The notes beneath the pieces were generated by a model, which was not told the origin of the DNA, searched no databases, and saw only the letters and a list, made by a program, of their open reading frames with translations. From an uncultured Verrucomicrobiae bacterium (GTDB taxonomy: Bacteria; Verrucomicrobiota; Verrucomicrobiia; Opitutales; JABDGR01), in NCBI GenBank assembly GCA_963765205.1, contig CAVXVB010000007.1, forward strand, positions 1-64,000: a DNA stretch of 64,000 nucleotides, given 5' to 3'. Below are positions 51,628 through 60,717 of the stretch, piece by piece. Within the stretch, counting starts at the first letter, position 1, and every line of letters begins with the position of its first letter. A program made the position numbers and the translations under genes.

Positions 51628-52893
51628 TCACACGATCATTCCCGCCGCCACCGTCGCGTTCGTTTGTTCGTCAATTAAGATGAAACTCCCCGTCGCGCGG
51701 TTTTTTTGATAGCTGTCGTAGAACAGCGGGCCGGAGGTGTGGAGGCTCAGCCGCCCGATGTCGTTCAGGCCCAGCTCGAGATCGGCCTCGATTTTGTGCA
51801 GCGTGTTGATGTCCACTTTGTAGCGCACCTCGCGCACCACCGCGCGCAGCTCGCGCGTCGTGTGCCGCAAGATGTAGCGCCCCCGCGGCCGCAACTTCGT
51901 CTCGGAAAACCAGCAAACCATGGCTTCGATTTCCTGGCCGATCTGCGGCGGGTTATTCTCCTTCACCAGCATGTCGCCCCGGCCAATGTCAATCTCGTCC
52001 GCCAAAGTAATCGCCACCGACAGCGGCGAAAACGCCTCGGGCAGTTCGCCGTCCATCGTGTGGACGCCCGTCACCCGCGACTTGAAGCCCGAAGGCAGCG
52101 CCACCACCTCGTCCCCCTTCTTGAACACCCCGCCGGCCACCCGCCCGGCATAGCCGCGGAAATCGTGATATTTCGAAATATGCGGGCGGATCACATACTG
52201 CACGGGGAACCGCGCCTCGACGTGGTTCGCGTCCGGCCGCACATACACCGTTTCGAGGTGGTAGAGCAACGTCGGCCCCTGATACCAGGGCATATTGTTC
52301 GATTTATCCACCACGTTGTCGCCCTTGAGCGCCGAAATCGGGATGAATGTCATCTCGACCAGATTGTCCAAACGCGAGGCGAATTGTTTGAACGCGGCGG
52401 CGATTTCGGTGAACACGTCCTCGCGCCATTCCATCAAATCCATCTTGTTCACCGCAATGACAACGTGCTGGATGCGCAGCAGGTTGGCGATGAACGCATG
52501 CCGGCAGGTCTGCTCAATGACGCCCTTGCGTGCGTCAATCAGGATGATGGCGAGGTTCGCCGTCGAGGCGCCCGTCACCATGTTGCGCGTGTATTGGATA
52601 TGCCCCGGCGTGTCGGCGATGATGAATTTGCGCCGCGGCGTGGCGAAATAGCGGTAGGCCACGTCAATCGTGATGCCCTGTTCGCGCTCGGCCCGCAGCC
52701 CGTCCGTCAGCAGCGCAAGGTCCACATAATCGGTGCCGCGCTGCTTGGACGCGCGCTCGACCGCCTCGAGCTGGTCCTCGAAAATGTTCTTGCTGTCATA
52801 CAGCAAGCGCCCGATGAGCGTGCTCTTGCCGTCGTCCACGCTCCCCGCGGTGGTGAAGCGCAATAAGTCCATGTCCAAATATCCGGTGCTCAT
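51628..52893 (-). CDS. cysN: Sulfate adenylyltransferase large (GTPase) subunit
   Basis: LRFTTAGSVDDGKSTLIGRLL, REQGITIDVAYRYF, DTPGH, VNKMD and GSFILIDEQTNATVAAGMI. Confidence 0.95.
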   Translation of the reverse strand: MSTGYLDMDLLRFTTAGSVDDGKSTLIGRLLYDSKNIFEDQLEAVERASKQRGTDYVDLALLTDGLRAEREQGITIDVAYRYFATPRRKFIIADTPGHIQYTRNMVTGASTANLAIILIDARKGVIEQTCRHAFIANLLRIQHVVIAVNKMDLMEWREDVFTEIAAAFKQFASRLDNLVEMTFIPISALKGDNVVDKSNNMPWYQGPTLLYHLETVYVRPDANHVEARFPVQYVIRPHISKYHDFRGYAGRVAGGVFKKGDEVVALPSGFKSRVTGVHTMDGELPEAFSPLSVAITLADEIDIGRGDMLVKENNPPQIGQEIEAMVCWFSETKLRPRGRYILRHTTRELRAVVREVRYKVDINTLHKIEADLELGLNDIGRLSLHTSGPLFYDSYQKNRATGSFILIDEQTNATVAAGMIV

Positions 52894-52964
52894 GGTAAAA
52901 AAAGATTTAAGATTTAGGATTTATGAAGCAAAAAATGGCGCTTGCGTGACTTCATAAATCATAA

Positions 52965-53869
52965 TTAGAAATAACCCTCTTTCTTCCGATCCTCCATCGC
53001 GGTCTCGGAACGCTTGTCATCCGCGCGGCCACCGCGCTCCGTGACCCGCGCCGCGGCCACCTCGTCAATGATATGGTCGAGGGTGGCGGCGGTTGATTCA
53101 ATCGCGCCCGTGCAGGTTGCATCGCCGACCGTGCGAAAGCGCACAAGGCGTTCCCCCGCCTTTTCACCGGGCTGCACGGTGATGAAATCCGTCACCGCCA
53201 GCAGCGTGCCCGCGCGTTCGAGCACCGGGCGGCGGTGCGCGAAATACAAACTGGGCAGCGGAATGTTTTGCTGCTTGATATACTGCCACACGTCCATCTC
53301 CGTCCAATTCGAAAGCGGGAACACGCGGAAGTGCTCGCCGAAATGCTTGCGCCCGTTGAAAATATTCCACAGTTCCGGCCGCTGGTTCTTCGGTCCCATT
53401 CGCCGAACTGGTTGCGGTGGGAGAAAAACCGTTCCTTGGCGCGCGCCTTTTCCTCGTCGCGCCGCCCGCCGCCCAGCGCCGCGTCGGCTTTCAGCGCAGT
53501 GAGCGTGTCCAGCAGTGTCACCGTCTGCAATTTGTTGCGGCTGGCCGCCGGGCCGCTTTCCTCGACCACCCGCCCCTGCCGGATGCTTTCCGCGACCGAG
53601 CCAACCTGCAAAACGGCCTCCATCTCCATGACGAACCGGTCGCGGAACTCAATCGTCTCCGGGAAATTGTGCCCCGTGTCAATATGCACCAGTGGAAACG
53701 GCAGCCGCGCCGGCCAGAACGCCTTGCGCGCCAGCCACGTCATCACAATAGAGTCCTTGCCGCCGGAAAACAACAGCACCGGCCGCTGAAACTGCGCCGC
53801 CGTCTCGCGCAGGACGTAAATCGCCTCAGCCTCAAGCTGGGCCAGGTGGTTGACGAGGTAGGAGGGCAT
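52965..53869 (-). CDS. cysD: Sulfate adenylyltransferase small subunit; one probable missing base near 53392
   Basis: LFSGGKDS and GGGRRDEEKARAKERFFS, then WD(P)KNQRPELW across a one-base shift, RVFPLSNWTE and MEDRKKEGYF. Confidence 0.93.
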
Positions 53870-54000
53870 GAAATCAAATTTATGAATTATGAATTACAAA
53901 TTATGAAACCAAGCCACCGAGGAAATATCTTTGGAATCCTTTTGTGGCCCCGTTTCGTAATTCGTAATTCGAATTTCGTAATTTTCCAGGTCTGGGTGGT

Positions 54001-54705
54001 TCAACTCTTTCTTAATTGATAATGCGGCTTCAGCGCCGACCAGAGTTTTTCGATGCTCGCTGCGTAGTCCATTTTCTCCGTGTCCAGCACCAGGTCGGCC
54101 CGCATGGTGTCCGGCTCCTGGAATTCCTGGTCCACGCCGGTGAATTGCTTCACCGCTCCGGCAATGGCCTGCTTATACATCCCCTTGGGATCCCGCGCCG
54201 CGCAGGCCGTGAGCGACGCTTTCACGTAAACGCCAAAAAAGTCTTTTTCGCCGATGATCTCGCGCGCCAGCTCCCGCAGCGCCTCGCGTGGCGTGATCAA
54301 GGACGCCAGCACGATCACGCCTGACTGTGCGAACAACTTCGCCACCTCGGCCACGCGCCGGATATTTTCCCGCCGCGCCAGGTCGCCAAAGCCCAGGTCA
54401 TGGTTCAGCCCGGCGCGGATATTGTCGCCATCCAGCACCTGCACCAGCCGTCCCTCCGCGAACAACGTCCGCTCCAACCCCAGCGCCAGCGTGCTCTTCC
54501 CCGCGCCTGACAAGCCAAATAACCAGCACACCACCCCGCGCTGCTTCAAGTGCGCCTCCCGCTCCGCGCGCGACAGCATCCGGTCAAAGTGCGGAAAAAG
54601 TTTTTCCGGCGCTTTGCCTGCGGCTTTGCTTGGCACCTTGCTCGCGCTTTTGCTGGAAGCGCGGCTCGATGCTTTGATTTGGATTTTCTTTTTCTTGGAC
54701 GGCAC
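54001..54705 (-). CDS. cysC: Adenylyl-sulfate (APS) kinase with a Lys/Ser-rich N-terminal extension (start uncertain)
   Basis: WLFGLSGAGKST, LDGDNIR, RENIRRVAEVAKL, RDPKGMY and FTGVD. Confidence 0.92.
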   Translation of the reverse strand: MPSKKKKIQIKASSRASSKSASKVPSKAAGKAPEKLFPHFDRMLSRAEREAHLKQRGVVCWLFGLSGAGKSTLALGLERTLFAEGRLVQVLDGDNIRAGLNHDLGFGDLARRENIRRVAEVAKLFAQSGVIVLASLITPREALRELAREIIGEKDFFGVYVKASLTACAARDPKGMYKQAIAGAVKQFTGVDQEFQEPDTMRADLVLDTEKMDYAASIEKLWSALKPHYQLRKS

Positions 54706-54782
54706 GGGGTATCTTAGGTTCGTTGCCCAACAAACCATAAATAAACGTCTTTGTCCAGATTTATTTTATAATTCATTGATAA

Positions 54783-56152
54783 TCAATGAAATTTAATCTC
54801 TATGAGCAAAATCCAGATGAGGAAAATAGGATTAGATTCTAAATACTGGAACTCTTTCCAATACCACTGGCCGTTAATTTTGACAAGGGTCCGCGGGTGG
54901 AGTCCTCCATTAAAATCCTTGTAGATATAGGTGGCTTCGTCGCCAGCGTCGTTGAAAGTTGGGGACTGATTCTCAAGTTCCTCGTAAGACTCCGCTTCTG
55001 CTTCGTTGTGCCGCTGGAAACTAGAATAGTCCTGAATCGCCTCCGTGCGGGCATTGTCTATCTCCCCTTGTGTAAAGCGGGGGTCTAATTTATCGGGCGG
55101 AGTGTAATTTTGATAAAAATCCGCCCAGTCGCCAATCCGCATCAAACGCGCCATGTCCGATAAGGCGGCATTCAACTCGATTTTGGAATTAGCGTTCGGA
55201 TTGGAGGCTGGTGTAGTTTGGGGTTGAGCGGCGGCAACTGACGCAGGGTCTGGTTTCGGCGCGGGCGGCGCAATCGGCACCGTCATGACCTTAGGTGCTG
55301 TGACCAATGGCGCGGGCGCGGCGACATCTTCCTTTGCCTTGGCGGCCGTCGTCGCTTCCCTGGCGATTGCGTAAAGAACATCCACAAGACGGTGACCATT
55401 AGAATGATCGCCCCGGCGAGGAGGGTTTTGTTTTTGGTGCTCATAAGCAGAATTTTCAGGAAAATGCCTTCCGCGGCGACGCCCACGCCGATGCCCAGGC
55501 CCGCGCCAGCCTCCGCACCTGCCAGCGACGCCCCGGTCATGCTCTCGGCCAGGCCCGTCGGCGCGGCCTGCACGGAATTCGCGCTGATAGCTGCCGCCAG
55601 CAGCGCCGAGGTCGCCGTCACACCGCGCCGCGCAAAATGCCCGCGCAGTTTTTCCAGCGCGAGCTCGACGCGTTTGCGCGCGGTGTCCTCGCTCAAGCCC
55701 AGCGCCGCGCCGACTTCCTGGTGGCTCGAACCCTGGAAGAAACGCAACAGTACGGCTTGGCGGTCGTCCTCGCGCAAGCCGCCGACGGCCTCATCCAAGA
55801 GTGGGCCAATCTGCTTCCAGTTCACTGCCGACGTAGTGGAGGTGGTTTGCATGATGGCGGACTCCTGTTCGCGGGCGCGGCGGCGTTCCTCGCCGCGCAC
55901 GGCATTGATGGCGCAGTGCCGCGCCGTGGTGTGCAGCCAGCCGGCGAGGGTGTCGTAATGGGCCAGCGCCGCCGCCGACCGCGTTAGTTGGGTGAAGACG
56001 CTTTGCGCCACATCCTGCGCGAGCGCGCCGTTGGCCGTCACGCGCCAGGCGACGGAATAGACAAAATCCATCTGTCGCCGCACCAGCTCGCCAAACGCCG
56101 CCTCGTCGCGGCCCTCGGCATAGCGGCGGAGCAATTCGGCATCGGTGGTCAT
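54783..56152 (-). CDS. ECF sigma factor with C-terminal extension, transmembrane helix and an extracytoplasmic PPD/KVDG-WY-family domain; one probable G-run frameshift near 55360
   Basis: Sigma2 DAELLRRY..AFGELVRR..AQDVAQSVF..LAGWLH, sigma4 DRQAVLLRFFQ..EVGAALG.SEDTARKRV, an Ala-rich linker and LAGAIILMVTVLWMFF. The other frame then gives NYTPPD, QSPTFNDAGDEATY and LVKINGQWY. Confidence 0.82.
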
Positions 56153-56214
56153 CGGCGGCGCGGAGTTTTGCCTACTATACACCGCCGGTCCGCAAACCGG
56201 ACAAGGATTTTCCC

Positions 56215-56841
56215 TCACCGCAAATACCAATTGCCGTCCACCTTGATGAAGGTGATGGTGCCGCTCGATCCCCCGGGGCTGTTATAGACGCCGCTGGATG
56301 CGCCTGGCGTGTAGGTCGCCTGGGTGCCGTCGGCATTGAATTCCGGGGTCTGGTCTTTGACGGACTCCAGCGTTTGCTGCAACTGGGCCAGCCGCTCATC
56401 CAGGTCCGGCATCTGGCTGAATTGCGCGGCAATGTCCTCGACCGACGCCGCTTGACCGCTGGCAATCATTTTTTGGATTTCGTCCGGCGGCATCAACGTC
56501 TTGATCAGGCCGGGGATGTCTTTCGCCTCGAGTATTTTGAGGGTTTGGGCGATGCAGGCATCCAAGTCCTGCTGCGGCTGCGGCTCTAACTCACCAGTGG
56601 CTGCGGGAGCAGCGGCGGGCGCGGACACGGACTGTGCCGCGACCACCACCGGTGGCAAAATCGGCGCCGCCACCGCGGACCGCGGCGGAGCAATGCCCGG
56701 CACAATCGGCTTCGGCGTGGTCGCCAGCGCATTCGCCACGGGTTCCGGCGTGGCGGACTTTGCGGGCGCACGGAAACTCCACACGGCATAGCCCGCCCCA
56801 AGCAGCACAACGACCCCCACGAACAATCGCAAAAATTTCAT
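56215..56841 (-). CDS. Exported PPD / QTP-FN-G-ATY / KVDG-WY family protein
   Basis: Signal anchor MKFLRLFVGVVVLLGAG, a Pro/Ala linker, LMPPD, QTPEFNADGTQATY and FIKVDGNWYLR. Confidence 0.78.
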   Translation of the reverse strand: MKFLRLFVGVVVLLGAGYAVWSFRAPAKSATPEPVANALATTPKPIVPGIAPPRSAVAAPILPPVVVAAQSVSAPAAAPAATGELEPQPQQDLDACIAQTLKILEAKDIPGLIKTLMPPDEIQKMIASGQAASVEDIAAQFSQMPDLDERLAQLQQTLESVKDQTPEFNADGTQATYTPGASSGVYNSPGGSSGTITFIKVDGNWYLR

Positions 56842-56864
56842 AATGTTGAATTCTAGGCCGGCGT

Positions 56865-57476
56865 TCACCGCAAATACCAATTCCCCTCGACCTTGATGAA
56901 TACGACATTGCCATTCGAACTGCCCACGCCCGTATAGGGCACAGCTATCTTGTATGTCGCCTGCGTGCCGTCCGCATTCATTTCCGGCGTCTGGCCTTTG
57001 ACCGTCTCCAGCGCCCCCTGCAACTGCAGCATCAACTGGTCCACATCCGACCGCGCGCTATACATCGCCGCGATATCGTCCACCGACGCGGCCTGCCCGC
57101 TGGCCACCATGCGCTGGATGGCATCAGGCGGCATCAGGGTTTTGACCAAACTGAGGACATCTTTGGCCTCCAACAATTGAATCGTCTGATTAATGCAATC
57201 ATTGAGGTCCGGCTGCGGCTGGTAATCAAAAGGCTTGGGCGTCGCCGCGGCCGCCGCAGGCGAGGACGCCATCGCCACCGGTGGGGCTACGGGTGGCGCC
57301 ACGGCCAGCTTCGGCGGTGCGATGACCGCCGACATAATCGGCTTAAGCGCGGGGGCGGGCGGCGCGGCATCCGCCGGTTTCGCCGGCGCATCCGCGCTCG
57401 GCGCGCTGAACTGCCAGAGCATGTAAATCCCTACGACGAGCACCACCACAATAAACAGCAAACGCGCGTATTTCAT
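56865..57476 (-). CDS. Exported PPD / QTP-MN-G-ATY / KVEG-WY family protein (tandem duplicate of 56215-56841)
   Basis: Signal anchor MKYARLLFIVVVLVVG, LMPPD, QTPEMNADGTQATY and FIKVEGNWYLR. The last 18 nt are identical to its neighbour (TCACCGCAAATACCAATT on the + strand). Confidence 0.78.
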   Translation of the reverse strand: MKYARLLFIVVVLVVGIYMLWQFSAPSADAPAKPADAAPPAPALKPIMSAVIAPPKLAVAPPVAPPVAMASSPAAAAATPKPFDYQPQPDLNDCINQTIQLLEAKDVLSLVKTLMPPDAIQRMVASGQAASVDDIAAMYSARSDVDQLMLQLQGALETVKGQTPEMNADGTQATYKIAVPYTGVGSSNGNVVFIKVEGNWYLR

Positions 57477-57529
57477 AAAAAAGCGCCTTCATTATGGATT
57501 TACGCCGCCTAGTTCGACAAGATTATATT

Positions 57530-57636
57530 CGGAAGCTGGAAGCTAGAAGTTAGAAGCTGGAATCTGGAAATTGGAAGTTGGAAGTTGGAAGTTGAAGTTC
57601 GGAATTCTAACTTCTAACTCCTAGCTTCTAGCTTCT
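57530..57636. repeat. 7-bp-periodic inverted tandem repeat
   Basis: About 9 GAAGYTR-like heptamers followed by about 4 reverse-complement heptamers (CTTCTAR-like), ending just before the folC ATG. Confidence 0.85.
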
Positions 57637-57638
57637 CC

Positions 57639-58934
57639 ATGACCTACCTTTCCACTAAAGCCTACCTTTACGGCCTCAAGCAGCAAGTCGGCCCGAAATA
57701 CGGCATTGACCGCATGGCGCTGCTGGCGGAACGCCTCGGGCACCCCGAGCGCGCGTATCCCGTCATTCACGTCGCCGGCACCAACGGCAAAGGCTCCGTC
57801 TGCGCGATGCTCGAGGCCCTCCACCGCCGCGCGGGCCGCACGGTCGGGATGTATACCTCGCCGCACCTCGTCTTTCTCGGCGAACGCATCCAGGTCAACC
57901 GCGTCCCGCTCACGCCCGATGAAATCTGCGGCTATGTCGCCGAACTGCGCCCCCACGCCGCCGCCCTCGCCGCCCGCGACCCGGACGACCAGCCGTCCTT
58001 CTTCGAGTTTATGACCGCCGCGGCCTTCCTCCACTTTGCGCGCAAAAACGTGGACCTCGCCCTCATCGAAGTCGGCCTCGGCGGCCGCCTCGACGCCACC
58101 AACGTCGTGCAGCCGCAACTCTGCGTCATCACTTCGATCGGCCTCGACCATCAGGAATACCTCGGCGACACGCTCGAGAAAATCGCGCGCGAAAAAGCCG
58201 GCATCCTCAAGCCCGGCGTCCCCGTGGTGCTGGGCCGCGTGCCGCCGGAAGCCGAGGCCGCCATCCGCGCCGTTGCCCGTGAACGCGCCGCGCCCCTGCA
58301 CAGCGTCCGTGAAATTTTTGGCGAGGATTTGGAAAAATATCCGGCGACCCGCCTCGCCGGTTCGCACCAACGCGCCAACGCCGCGACCGCCCTGCTCGCC
58401 ACCCGCGTCCTCGAAAAACCCCTGACCGTTCCTGCTGCCACCACCGCCGCCGCGCTCGCCGAAGTGGATTGGCCAGCGCGCTGGCAAAAATTCCCCCTGT
58501 CCGCCAACCGCACCCTCATCCTCGACGCCTCCCACAATCCCGAAGGCGCGCAAACCCTCGACGAACAACTCCGCCGCCTCCGCGCTGAAACGGGCCGCGC
58601 GCCGATCGTCCTCGTCGGCGCGCTCGGCGAATTCCGCGCCCGCGCGCTCCTGGAAGTCGCCGCCCGCCACGCGCGGGAAATCATTTTGCTTCAACCCGCG
58701 CAAGCCCGCGCCATCCCGCCCGCCGAACTCGCCCAATTCGTGCCCGCCGCCTTTCGCGGCCCCGTGCGCCCCGGCGTCGTCGCGGAAATTTTTCCCGCGC
58801 CCGGCCAGTGCGCGCTCGGCGCGCCCGGCGACACCCTCGTCGCCACCGGCTCAATTTACCTCCTCGGCGAAATCCTCGAACACTTCGCCCACCCCGCCCC
58901 CGTCGGCGAAGGCGCGCTGCAGGACCGGGTGTGA
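57639..58934 (+). CDS. folC: Folylpolyglutamate synthase/dihydrofolate synthase
   Basis: IHVAGTNGKGS, YTSPHL, ERI, FFEFMT, EVGLGGRLDATNV, IGLDH, EKAGI, LDASHN and ATGSIYL. Confidence 0.95.
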   Translation: MTYLSTKAYLYGLKQQVGPKYGIDRMALLAERLGHPERAYPVIHVAGTNGKGSVCAMLEALHRRAGRTVGMYTSPHLVFLGERIQVNRVPLTPDEICGYVAELRPHAAALAARDPDDQPSFFEFMTAAAFLHFARKNVDLALIEVGLGGRLDATNVVQPQLCVITSIGLDHQEYLGDTLEKIAREKAGILKPGVPVVLGRVPPEAEAAIRAVARERAAPLHSVREIFGEDLEKYPATRLAGSHQRANAATALLATRVLEKPLTVPAATTAAALAEVDWPARWQKFPLSANRTLILDASHNPEGAQTLDEQLRRLRAETGRAPIVLVGALGEFRARALLEVAARHAREIILLQPAQARAIPPAELAQFVPAAFRGPVRPGVVAEIFPAPGQCALGAPGDTLVATGSIYLLGEILEHFAHPAPVGEGALQDRV

Positions 58935-59145
58935 AACACCTCTTTGAGTAACGCATTTTGAAATTTGGATAAAGACAGCTCTCCAAGCCGTCCGCCTCCA
59001 CCCCACCCCCAAACCGGGATGGACGACCTTCTTCATTTTTGCCATATTTTCGCCCAACCCCCCGCCCCCATCCCGCCCGCGGCCCCTTGTTTTTCGACGC
59101 TTGGTTTCGTAATTCGTTATTCGTAATTCCCAACTTCTCCGCCCC

Positions 59146-60666
59146 ATGCCCCGCCTTTCCCGCCGCCGTTTCCTCGGCCAAGTCGCCGGCGCTTCCGTTG
59201 CTGCCTCCCTTGGCCCGACTCTCCGCGCGCAAGCCCCGGCGGCCACGCCCGTCCCCGCGCGCAAACGCAACGTGTTGTTCTTCATGTCCGATGACATGCG
59301 GGTCGAGCTGGGCTGCTACGGCAGCAGGTTTGGCGCGCAGACGCCCAACCTCGACGCCCTCGCCAAGGCCGGTGTCCGCTTCGATCGCAACTATTGCCAG
59401 TTCCCGCTCTGCAATCCCTCGCGCGCCTCGCTGATGACGGGCCGCCGCCCCACCAGCACCGGCGTCCTCGGCAATCGCACGAATTTCCGCACCCTCCATC
59501 CCGACTGGGTCAGCCTTCCGCAATTTTTCAAGAATAATGGCTACGTCACCGCCCGCACCGGCAAAATTTTCCACGGCGGTCTCGACGATCTTCAGGCCTG
59601 GACAGTCGGCGGCGGCGTGGCCGAAGGCGACGGCGGCGCGGGCGGCCACGACCTCGTCGTCACGCGCGGTCCCGTCCCACCCCAGCCCGCGAACGTTCTG
59701 CCCCCACTGCCGCAGGACATCTCCCAAGCGCCGCACTCCGACCGCCTCGTCGTCCTCGACGGCATGGGCGAACGCCACCCGGATTATCACACCGCCGACA
59801 CGGCCATCCAATACCTGAATCAATACAAGGACCAGCCGTTTTTTATCGGCTGCGGCTTCGTCAAGCCCCACAGCCCGCCCTGCGCCCCGCAGCATTTTTT
59901 CGATTTGTATGACGTGAACAAAATCGCACTCACGCCGGACTTCGCCGCGTGGCCCACCGTGCCCCCGGGCTTTCCGCCCGCCGCCATCCGCATGCTCAAT
60001 GCCGACCTGTTCATCGGCCGCGGGGCGAGCGAAGCCGAGGCCAAGGAAGTCATCCGCGCCTATATCGCCGCCATTTCGTGGGCCGACTGGAACCTCGGCC
60101 GTGTCCTCGCCGAGCTGGACCGCCTAGGCTTGCGCGATAACACCGTTATCGTGTTTGTTTGTGACCATGGATATCAACTTGGCGAAAAGGGCAAATGGTC
60201 CAAGGCCGGCTCGCTCTTCGAGATGGGCACGCGCGTGCCGCTCATCATCTCCGCCCCCGGCCTGAAGGGCCGCGGCCAGTCCTGCCTGCGCGTGGTCGAG
60301 TCGCTCGATATTTACCCCACGCTCCTCGAACTGTGCAATTTTACGACGCCCGACCCGCTCGAAGGCGTCAGCCTCGCGCCGTTGCTCAATAATCCCCAGG
60401 CCGCGTGGAACCGCCCCGCTTACAGCGTCTGGAGCGAGGATGGCGCCACCCTCCACGGCGTCGCCGTCCGCACCGAAAAATGGCGCTACGCCGAATTTGG
60501 CCCCGCCGGCAAAAACGACGCGATGCTCTTCGACCCGCACGCTGACCCGCTCGAAATGAAAAACCTGGCCGCCGACCCTGCTCAGAAGAGCGTGTGTGAC
60601 GAACTTTCCGCTCTGACCCGGAAATACGCCGCTTCCCTCAACTCCCCGCCGCCGCCACCAAAGTAG
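59146..60666 (+). CDS. Tat-exported formylglycine sulfatase (iduronate-2-sulfatase-like)
   Basis: Tat signal SRRRFL, NVLFFMSDD, CNPSRASLMTG, GKIFH, GFVKPH, DHGYQLGEK and DPLEMKNLA. Confidence 0.9.
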   Translation: MPRLSRRRFLGQVAGASVAASLGPTLRAQAPAATPVPARKRNVLFFMSDDMRVELGCYGSRFGAQTPNLDALAKAGVRFDRNYCQFPLCNPSRASLMTGRRPTSTGVLGNRTNFRTLHPDWVSLPQFFKNNGYVTARTGKIFHGGLDDLQAWTVGGGVAEGDGGAGGHDLVVTRGPVPPQPANVLPPLPQDISQAPHSDRLVVLDGMGERHPDYHTADTAIQYLNQYKDQPFFIGCGFVKPHSPPCAPQHFFDLYDVNKIALTPDFAAWPTVPPGFPPAAIRMLNADLFIGRGASEAEAKEVIRAYIAAISWADWNLGRVLAELDRLGLRDNTVIVFVCDHGYQLGEKGKWSKAGSLFEMGTRVPLIISAPGLKGRGQSCLRVVESLDIYPTLLELCNFTTPDPLEGVSLAPLLNNPQAAWNRPAYSVWSEDGATLHGVAVRTEKWRYAEFGPAGKNDAMLFDPHADPLEMKNLAADPAQKSVCDELSALTRKYAASLNSPPPPPK

Positions 60667-60717
60667 CAACGTGGTTTTTCCTCACTCTGTTGCGCCCCGT
60701 CGGTATTTTTCAACTTC

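Noticed and set aside
53385..53400. cysD pseudogene (likewise the single shifts near 8756, 24400, 33699 and 55360)
   Set aside because: Each is repaired by a single base, mostly in a short homopolymer, so long-read error is more likely. Reads are needed to be sure.
57530..57636. CRISPR array
   Set aside because: These are heptamer tandem units with no repeat-spacer structure, and there are no cas genes in the window.
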